From Pseudobdellovibrionaceae bacterium (GTDB lineage Bacteria > Bdellovibrionota > Bdellovibrionia > Bdellovibrionales > Bdellovibrionaceae), in the NCBI GenBank assembly GCA_041288045.1, contig JBGGMM010000083.1:1-12731 (forward strand): 12,731 nt of DNA, in the 5' to 3' direction. The position numbers and the translations under genes are program-made. The notes beneath the pieces were generated by a model. It searched no databases. It was not told the DNA's origin and worked only from the letters and a program-made list of their open reading frames with translations. Of this stretch, positions 6,895 to 12,731 are shown piece by piece; the stretch's first letter is position 1, and every line of letters begins with the position of its first letter.

Positions 6895-6911
6895 TTGATC
6901 AGCCGGTTGTT
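6855..6911 (-). terminator. Intrinsic-terminator-like hairpin spanning the acs stop and barrel start
   Basis: Perfect 12-bp stem AACAACCGGCUG/CAGCCGGUUGUU (6911-6900/6889-6878), loop AUCAAAUGAA, followed by UGUUUUUUUGAUUUUAUUUUUU. Confidence 0.7.
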
Positions 6912-8819
6912 GACAAGCTCTTGCACCACACTGGGATCTGCCAATGTGCTTGTGTCGCCTAACTGATCCGGATGATTCTCGGCCACTTTGCGCAGAATTC
7001 GTCGCATGATTTTTCCTGAACGGGTTTTGGGCAGGCCCGGAGCCCATTGCAACAGATCTGGCTTGGCAATTGGCGAGATCTCATTGGCGACAAACTGAAT
7101 CAGTTCTTTCTTGAGCTCTTCTGACGGCGCCTCATGGGCCTTCAATGTCACATAGGCATAAATGCCCTGACCCTTGATCTCGTGCGGAAATCCCACCACA
7201 GCTGCTTCAGCCACTTTGGGATGGGCCACCAGAGCACTTTCAATTTCTGCTGTTCCTAACCGATGACCGGAAACATTCAAGACATCGTCCACTCGTCCCG
7301 TGATCCAGTAATAACCATCTTCGTCTCGCTTGCAGCCGTCACCAGTGAAGTAAGATCCTTTGTAAGCAGAAAAATAAGTTTCTTCAAAGCGCTTGTGATC
7401 ACGAAAAACGGTTCGCATTTGTCCTGGCCAAGACTCTTTGAAAACCAAAATCCCCTCGCAAGCTCCGCTGAGCTCTTTCCCCTCAGGACTTAAAATCCTG
7501 GGCTGCATTCCAAAAAATGGAAGTGTTGCCGAACCCGGCTTCTGGGCGATGGCTCCTGGCAGAGGCGAAATCAGAATTCCTCCGGTTTCTGTCTGCCACC
7601 AAGTGTCCACGACAGGACATCTCTCTTCGCCGACCACACGGTAATACCAGAGCCAGGCTTCGGGATTGATGGGCTCCCCCACGCTCCCTAAAAGTCGCAA
7701 AGATTTTCGCGAAGTCTTTTTCACTGGCGCCTCCCCTTCCCGCATCAAAGCGCGAATAGCAGTGGGAGCCGTGTAGAAAATTGTGACTTTGTGTTTATCC
7801 ACCACTTCCCAAAGCCTGGAAGTGCTCGGATAATGAGGCACACCTTCAAACATCAAAGTGGTCGCTGCGTTGGCCAGCGGCCCATAGACGATATAGCTAT
7901 GACCGGTCACCCAGCCGACATCGGCAGTGCACCAGTAAATGTCATTGTCATGATAATCAAAGACGTACTGATGGGTCATGGAAGCATAAACCAAATACCC
8001 GCCTGTGGTGTGCAAAACTCCTTTTGGCTTTCCAGTGGAGCCAGAAGTGTAAAGAATAAACAGAGGATCTTCCGAATTCATTCGCTCTGGCTCACATTGA
8101 GCTGAGACTTTTTCTCTTTCCTCATGCCACCAAAGATCACGAGTGGAGTGAAAAGGGACTTGGTTTCCCGTTCTTTGAACCACTAAAACTTTTTGCACTG
8201 TTTTGGCTTTTTCTAACGCCGCATCGATATTTTTCTTCAGAGGCAAAGTCCGACCCGCTCGATGACCTTCATCCGCGGTGATCACAAAAGTCGACTCACA
8301 GTCGATGATTCGATCGGCAATGGAATCCGGAGAAAATCCGCCAAACACCACCGAGTGGATCGCTCCAATTCGCGCACAAGCCAGCATCGCATAGGCCGCT
8401 TCAGGGATCATGGGCATATAGATGGTCACACGATCGCCCTTTTTCACTCCATGTTTCTTCAAAACATTGGCCATTCGATTCACTTCTTCAGAAAGTTCCT
8501 GATAAGTGATTGTTCGGCTTTTCTCATCGGGACTGTCAGGCTCCCAGAGCAAAGCTGTTTTTTGTGAATGCTTGGCCAAATGGCGATCGATGCAGTTCAC
8601 TGACACATTCAGTTCGCCACCCAAATACCATTTGATTTCAACCGGAGAATAAAAACTGACTTTTTTCACTTGATCCCATTTGCGAAACCAGTGAAGGCGC
8701 TCGGCTTGATCGGCCCAGAATTTGTCGGGATTTTCGATGGATTCTTGGTAAAGAGATTTGTATTTCTCTTCGTTGATCCAAGCTGTCTTTTGAAATTCAG
8801 GTTTGATTGGAATGATCAT
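6891..8819 (-). CDS. acs: Acetyl-CoA synthetase (AMP-forming), 642 aa
   Basis: [48 protein letters not shown] (acetylatable Lys), GDTSTLADP. Start moved to ATG 8819, with SD AAGGAG (8833-8828) 8 nt upstream. Confidence 0.97.
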   Translation of the reverse strand: MIIPIKPEFQKTAWINEEKYKSLYQESIENPDKFWADQAERLHWFRKWDQVKKVSFYSPVEIKWYLGGELNVSVNCIDRHLAKHSQKTALLWEPDSPDEKSRTITYQELSEEVNRMANVLKKHGVKKGDRVTIYMPMIPEAAYAMLACARIGAIHSVVFGGFSPDSIADRIIDCESTFVITADEGHRAGRTLPLKKNIDAALEKAKTVQKVLVVQRTGNQVPFHSTRDLWWHEEREKVSAQCEPERMNSEDPLFILYTSGSTGKPKGVLHTTGGYLVYASMTHQYVFDYHDNDIYWCTADVGWVTGHSYIVYGPLANAATTLMFEGVPHYPSTSRLWEVVDKHKVTIFYTAPTAIRALMREGEAPVKKTSRKSLRLLGSVGEPINPEAWLWYYRVVGEERCPVVDTWWQTETGGILISPLPGAIAQKPGSATLPFFGMQPRILSPEGKELSGACEGILVFKESWPGQMRTVFRDHKRFEETYFSAYKGSYFTGDGCKRDEDGYYWITGRVDDVLNVSGHRLGTAEIESALVAHPKVAEAAVVGFPHEIKGQGIYAYVTLKAHEAPSEELKKELIQFVANEISPIAKPDLLQWAPGLPKTRSGKIMRRILRKVAENHPDQLGDTSTLADPSVVQELVNNRLIK

Positions 8820-8833
8820 GGCCGGCACTCCTT

Positions 8834-8873
8834 TTGGAATGCCCATTCCAACTCTGCTTTGCAAGTGGGTCAA
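8834..8873 (-). promoter_or_regulatory. Putative acs promoter with overlapping palindromic operator
   Basis: TTGACC (8873-8868)-N17-TGGAAT (8850-8845); inverted repeat TTGGAATG-GG-CATTCCAA with perfect 8-bp arms at 8851-8834. Confidence 0.55.
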
Positions 8874-8896
8874 GACTTAGGGACGGAGGCGCCGGA

Positions 8897-9634
8897 TCAA
8901 AACAGGTAGATCAAAGAGAGATCCAAAGCCATGCTGAGCTTGGTGGTCGTCGAAAAATCACTCTCTGTTTGAGTGGTTCTTAAATTGGCTGAAAGAGGAT
9001 CGACCAATTGACGGAAATAAGCATGAAGGCCCAAGGCCAGACCGAAATGGTCGCCCAAGAAAAAGCGATTGCCAACAGAACCACCGGCCAAAGGCAGCTG
9101 CTTTGTTCCGTATTTCATCATCCCGGCTTCTACTCCCCACGTCAAAAGCGCTGGCATGACTTTGTGTTTAGAGACGCTCACTTTTCCATACATCATGCGT
9201 CTTTCATAAAAAGCGAGCCAGCCCGAGCTTGGGCCCTTCGCTTGTTCGAAATCCACAGCTCCATTCGGAGACGAAGACGAGGAATTGTAAAACTGTTTGG
9301 AGTAATCGGAAATTCCGCCGCCAAAAGCCATGTACTTCACACCGACACCGCTGGCTTCACTCCAACTGTAAGTGGCTTGGACTGCTAGATACTGATTTTT
9401 GTAAAAAGGTTCATCCAAAAGCCAGCCACCTTGAAGATCCGCTTGCCATCTTTTTTCGTAAGAGAGTTTTCGTGAAAGAACCGCTTTGGGAGTGTCAAGC
9501 CGAGGCGTCACCGCTTCCGTCGGAAGCTCCTCTTCAGCAAAAACCATTTCTTCGGCTCGAGCCACCGAAGTCGCGAGCAAGACCAGCATCACAAGAAAGG
9601 AAAAGCATCTGCTACTTGATTCCACGCATGTCAT
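8897..9634 (-). CDS. Outer-membrane beta-barrel protein, GltA/GltB-like (myxobacterial/Bdellovibrio OMP family)
   Basis: Signal peptide ending ARA; LLDEPFYK, YSWSE, MYGKVSV and C-terminal LDLSLIYLF (terminal Phe BAM signal). Shares the 'D.F...Y..E...YGK' layout with 11454-12281. Start uncertain (ATG 9634, GTG 9625 or ATG 9589). Confidence 0.75.
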   Translation of the reverse strand: MTCVESSSRCFSFLVMLVLLATSVARAEEMVFAEEELPTEAVTPRLDTPKAVLSRKLSYEKRWQADLQGGWLLDEPFYKNQYLAVQATYSWSEASGVGVKYMAFGGGISDYSKQFYNSSSSSPNGAVDFEQAKGPSSGWLAFYERRMMYGKVSVSKHKVMPALLTWGVEAGMMKYGTKQLPLAGGSVGNRFFLGDHFGLALGLHAYFRQLVDPLSANLRTTQTESDFSTTTKLSMALDLSLIYLF

Positions 9635-9902
9635 CCTTTCCCTTTTGCACTTCCGGGATGAAGTTTTCTCTCAGACGAATCAATTTTTTGAAATTGAAAT
9701 CACTTTTCTGAAACAAGAATTCTGTTTCAGGTGTTTCCGCCGCCCCTTTGACCAACTCGTCGTCGAACTTCACATTGAATTTCTTGTACTGAGATGTGTC
9801 CACGGTCTGAAGATCGGATTCACTGAACTCGGCCCCTTCTTCAGCAAACGCCGGAAGACCGAGAGACAAAATAAAAAGCATGGTCAATAGTCGTTTATTC
9901 AC
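9612..9902 (-). CDS. cglF: CglF/GltF-like small secreted gliding-motility protein (96 aa)
   Basis: GTG start with SD AGGAG (9916-9912); signal peptide ending AFA; motif FDDELVKG..ETP......K..F.KLIRLRENF matches the CglF/GltF pattern (F.D..I.G...P......LI..R..F) from recall. Confidence 0.7.
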   Translation of the reverse strand: MNKRLLTMLFILSLGLPAFAEEGAEFSESDLQTVDTSQYKKFNVKFDDELVKGAAETPETEFLFQKSDFNFKKLIRLRENFIPEVQKGKDDMRGIK

Positions 9903-11457
9903 AGCGATTGACTCCTACATATTGATAGTTACCGATTTCATCCCGCCAGTATTCGCCCTCAAAAGGCCAGAAGCGAAAACCGTTTTGCACGTAATAATCA
10001 CGAGTGACATCTTTGTCGATCTGCTCAGTTTCTGGCTGGTTGGCGGCGATTTTTTTCTTCAGGGCCGTTCTTTGGCCATTGATGGTCTCATACTTCAAGA
10101 ATTCAAACTGAGTGGCGAATTCGTTGAATTCTAACACTTTGGCAGCCAGCCGATCCCGGATGCCACCGCCCAAAAGTTTAGAGACCGATTTTTTACGTCC
10201 ATCTAAAATCTGTTTTCCGTAAGAGTGAAGGCTGGTCTTGGCGTAGATCTTATCCAAGATTTTTTTCTCTTTGGCCAATTGATCGAGGTAAGTGACCGAA
10301 AGCCGTAAATCAGGCTCTTCCAACAAAGTTCTCATGACGAAGAAAGGAAGAATGGTTTCAATTTTGGTTTCGCCCTTGCTTCGGAGCTCGACCAGAGCTC
10401 GTCGTGTCTTGGCGATCTCAAGATAATAATCCGCTTCCGTGCGAGGAGAATTCAACCACTCCTGAATTTTTGCAAAGGCCGGATAGTAGTTGTCATCGAA
10501 TGAACGGCTGATCGGCTCAATTTCATCGTAGTGACAGATGAAAAGCAGAATCGTTCCATGCAAAAGCAAGGATTCAGGATCATAGAAATTCTCATAAAAT
10601 GGAGTGTGCAAAGTTCGCAGCGGGCTGAGAGCGGATCGAAACTGCCCTGAGCGGAACAAAGACCACGAAAGCTCCATCAAGCTCTGTCGATACAGGGGAT
10701 GATCTTTAGGAATCTGGCGGTAAATTTCGGCGGCTTCTTTCCACTTTTTCCCTTGGTAGAAAGCTCGCGCTTGACCCATGATCGCCAAGCCCTTTTCCAA
10801 ATCGGTGATGGGCTTGTTGTCCAATCTTTCCACCAATTTGATAAAGTTCGTAGCGGCAGGACCTGGCTGCTTGGCAATCAATTGTGAAAGCGCCAAATTG
10901 TAGATCAATGAATTTTCCGAGCGCTTGAATTCCAAAGCTTTTTCAAAATAGCTCTGTGCTTTGATTGTGTCGCCCTTTGAAAGAGCGGCTTCACCCAATC
11001 GGCCCAAGAAAACAGCTTTTGAAGTGTCCGAAAGCTCTTCAGGGCGAATGTGGTTCAAAGCGTAATTCAAAAGGCTGGGCTCGCCGAGCTCATCGGCAAT
11101 GGCCACCAGGTAATCCAGGCCTTTTGCCTTTTCAACTCCTTCACCGGTTCTCACCAGATCAACAAAGGCAAAAGAAGCCACTTGTTTGAGATTCATCTTA
11201 TAGAGACTGACTCCCAAATAAAATTTGGCTCGTCGCTTGAGTTTGATATCTGGAGATTTCCGCGAGATTCGAAAAAAGGAAACAGCCGCCTGTTTGTAAT
11301 TTTGCGCTTGATAAAGCCTTTGGGCTGCGGCCCACTCTTTCGTTCCGGGAGCAGCAGCTGGTTTTGCTGGTGCTGTTTTGGCTGGAGCTTTTTTTGCCTG
11401 GGCAAAAACCGTGGAGGAGGCCAGTAATGTTGTCAGAATCAGAGCTGTGCATTTCAT
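9895..11457 (-). CDS. gltC: GltC-like periplasmic TPR protein (520 aa)
   Basis: Signal peptide, Ala/Lys/Pro linker, multiple TPR-like helix pairs (AKFYLGVSLY, RLGEAAL, YNLALSQL, GQARAFY, MELSWSLF) and C-terminal WPFEGEYWRDEIGNY...C, characteristic of GltC-family proteins from recall. SD GGAGG; ATGA overlap with the upstream gene. Confidence 0.75.
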   Translation of the reverse strand: MKCTALILTTLLASSTVFAQAKKAPAKTAPAKPAAAPGTKEWAAAQRLYQAQNYKQAAVSFFRISRKSPDIKLKRRAKFYLGVSLYKMNLKQVASFAFVDLVRTGEGVEKAKGLDYLVAIADELGEPSLLNYALNHIRPEELSDTSKAVFLGRLGEAALSKGDTIKAQSYFEKALEFKRSENSLIYNLALSQLIAKQPGPAATNFIKLVERLDNKPITDLEKGLAIMGQARAFYQGKKWKEAAEIYRQIPKDHPLYRQSLMELSWSLFRSGQFRSALSPLRTLHTPFYENFYDPESLLLHGTILLFICHYDEIEPISRSFDDNYYPAFAKIQEWLNSPRTEADYYLEIAKTRRALVELRSKGETKIETILPFFVMRTLLEEPDLRLSVTYLDQLAKEKKILDKIYAKTSLHSYGKQILDGRKKSVSKLLGGGIRDRLAAKVLEFNEFATQFEFLKYETINGQRTALKKKIAANQPETEQIDKDVTRDYYVQNGFRFWPFEGEYWRDEIGNYQYVGVNRCE

Positions 11458-12281
11458 CTGCGTCCAACCTCCGGTACAAAGCGACCGTAACCAATTGTCA
11501 AAAAGATGGTGTTGGCGGATTGATTGTCTCCGTTGATTGTTTTTCCATTATAGAAAAACCAGCTGAGATCGGCGCGAATCGCCGAATTTTTCGAAATCGA
11601 AAAAATATCGCCAAGCCCAAAATAAAATGCTGTCGAAGTCGAAGTCGGATTGGTGGTGATTTGACCCACACCGATCGTTTGATAGAACTCAAAAGGTACA
11701 ATCTTGCGATCTTCTAGCGCCATTTTTCCGTAGATACTGCTGAAATAGGCGTTCACTCCAAGGAAACTCTTTGGCGTCGTCAGATTGGCAACACCCAAAT
11801 TTTGTTTGGACTCTAAATCCTTTTTTTCATTTGTATCTTCTGATGTTAGCAAAAAGCCAGTGGCTTCAAGCCCCCAAGTTTCATTGAAATGGTAGCCCGC
11901 TCGCAACTGACCGCCCATGGTGCGAAAGAAAGCATCATTCACTGCCAATGAAAACCCACCAAAGAACTGAAAGCGCTTTGTTTTTGGCATGTAAGTCTTT
12001 TGAATGATCACAGTGTCATCGAAGTGGCTGTCTTTTTTGAGATCGGTGAAATCCACCTTATTGCGTGGCTGCTTGACGGCGGCTGGAAGCTGAACTTTCG
12101 GTGCCCCTTCAGGAATATTTTTTTCAAGAACGCTTTCGACATCTTTGATTTCAGAGTCCTGATTGACCTGATAGTCATCATCAGAAGCCGAATCAATTTC
12201 GATTTCCTCGGCTCGAGAAAATGAAACCGTAAGTGTCACGAGGAGTGCAGTTAATGCAATCCGCTTTATGAAAATTCCCAT
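11454..12281 (-). CDS. Outer-membrane beta-barrel protein, GltA/GltB-like (275 aa)
   Basis: Signal peptide ending SRA, acidic N-terminal extension, then IIQKTYMPKTKRF, NDAFF, GYHFNETWGLE, IYGKMA, RADL and final strand IFLTIGYGRFVP; lies directly upstream of the gltC-like gene. Confidence 0.8.
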   Translation of the reverse strand: MGIFIKRIALTALLVTLTVSFSRAEEIEIDSASDDDYQVNQDSEIKDVESVLEKNIPEGAPKVQLPAAVKQPRNKVDFTDLKKDSHFDDTVIIQKTYMPKTKRFQFFGGFSLAVNDAFFRTMGGQLRAGYHFNETWGLEATGFLLTSEDTNEKKDLESKQNLGVANLTTPKSFLGVNAYFSSIYGKMALEDRKIVPFEFYQTIGVGQITTNPTSTSTAFYFGLGDIFSISKNSAIRADLSWFFYNGKTINGDNQSANTIFLTIGYGRFVPEVGRR

Positions 12282-12731
12282 GTCCCCCCGCTATTCCATC
12301 ACAGTTGAATAGACAAAAGTTGTTGCAGGTCCGCTGAAACATTCCTTTGATCAACAGGTTAAACGCACTTATGCAGATCATCAAGTTCAGCATCCCAACA
12401 ACCTGGACCTTGGTTCCTGGCTGTCGAACTCTTCTTCACTAGAGAACTTCAAAAACAGGACCAGGACAGACCTTCATCGCAACGACTGTAGTGAAACTGA
12501 TTGTTGAGGTCTTAGATACTGTCTAGACGAAAGACAGTCCTTCACAGCTCAACAAAATGAAAAGCGAAGGAAGACCCTCACTAACCCAAAAACCTCTCCA
12601 TTTTATTCACACCAAATGCTTGAATGGCAGCCCTTTGATTACAAGACTTGCAAAGAAGTCTCAAATTACTAGATTCATCCGATCCACCAAGAGCTTTCGG
12701 ATGAATATGATCTATTTCCAGAGCATAAGTA
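12282..12731. other. Long non-coding region upstream of the glt-like operon with several stem-loops
   Basis: All three minus-strand frames are repeatedly interrupted by stops and the track has no credible ORF. Nested helices 12501-12508/12548-12555 and 12518-12524/12532-12538; 12416-12424/12455-12465; 12644-12649/12656-12661. Confidence 0.5.
12673..12706. repeat. Perfect 10-bp inverted repeat with 14-bp spacer
   Basis: ATTCATCCGA (12673-12682) and TCGGATGAAT (12697-12706); no adjacent U-tract on either strand. Confidence 0.8.

Noticed and set aside
6895..7047. 51-aa N-terminal extension of the barrel ORF
   Set aside because: Lies within acs in another frame; the signal peptide begins at Met52 (6894).
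8857..8878. CTTTGCAAGT and CAAGACTT words shared with 12642-12655
   Set aside because: Arrangement and orientation differ between the two sites; not enough to claim a common motif.
12193..12393. 66-aa Cys-containing ORF overlapping the first barrel gene
   Set aside because: Overlaps a well-supported gene by 89 bp in another frame, with no clear SD or family features.
12523..12601. Degraded gltK-like lipoprotein (frame reading LFILLSC)
   Set aside because: The lipobox-like word has no in-frame ATG and a stop follows within seven codons; downstream frames do not join into a plausible protein.

Overview
Gene-dense chromosomal window, most likely from a Bdellovibrionota-type predatory bacterium. 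This is inferred from the Glt/Cgl gliding-family genes and the HNH-family N-terminus; it was not checked by database search. Left to right: the 5' end of a probable HNH-endonuclease-family gene (minus strand, runs off the window) behind a ~430-bp AT-rich spacer carrying a chain of hairpins; an acidic lipoprotein; a tRNA-dihydrouridine synthase divergent from purK-purE; a DUF6580-like membrane transporter divergent from an orphan TolC-family protein; acs translationally coupled to an uncharacterised outer-membrane beta-barrel; and a compact four-gene operon (OM barrel, GltC-like TPR protein, CglF/GltF-like protein, OM barrel) that resembles only the outer-membrane platform of the Agl-Glt gliding machinery, preceded by ~450 bp of structured non-coding DNA. 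Most notable signals: the stand-alone Glt-like module; a terminator-like hairpin whose loop holds the acs stop/barrel start overlap (ATGA); an 18-bp palindrome over the putative acs -10; back-to-back -35 boxes suggesting a leaderless TolC mRNA; and the strand-biased hairpin array upstream of the HNH-like gene. Several ORF-track starts are over-extended and are corrected here. No rRNA, tRNA, CRISPR array or transposase was found.
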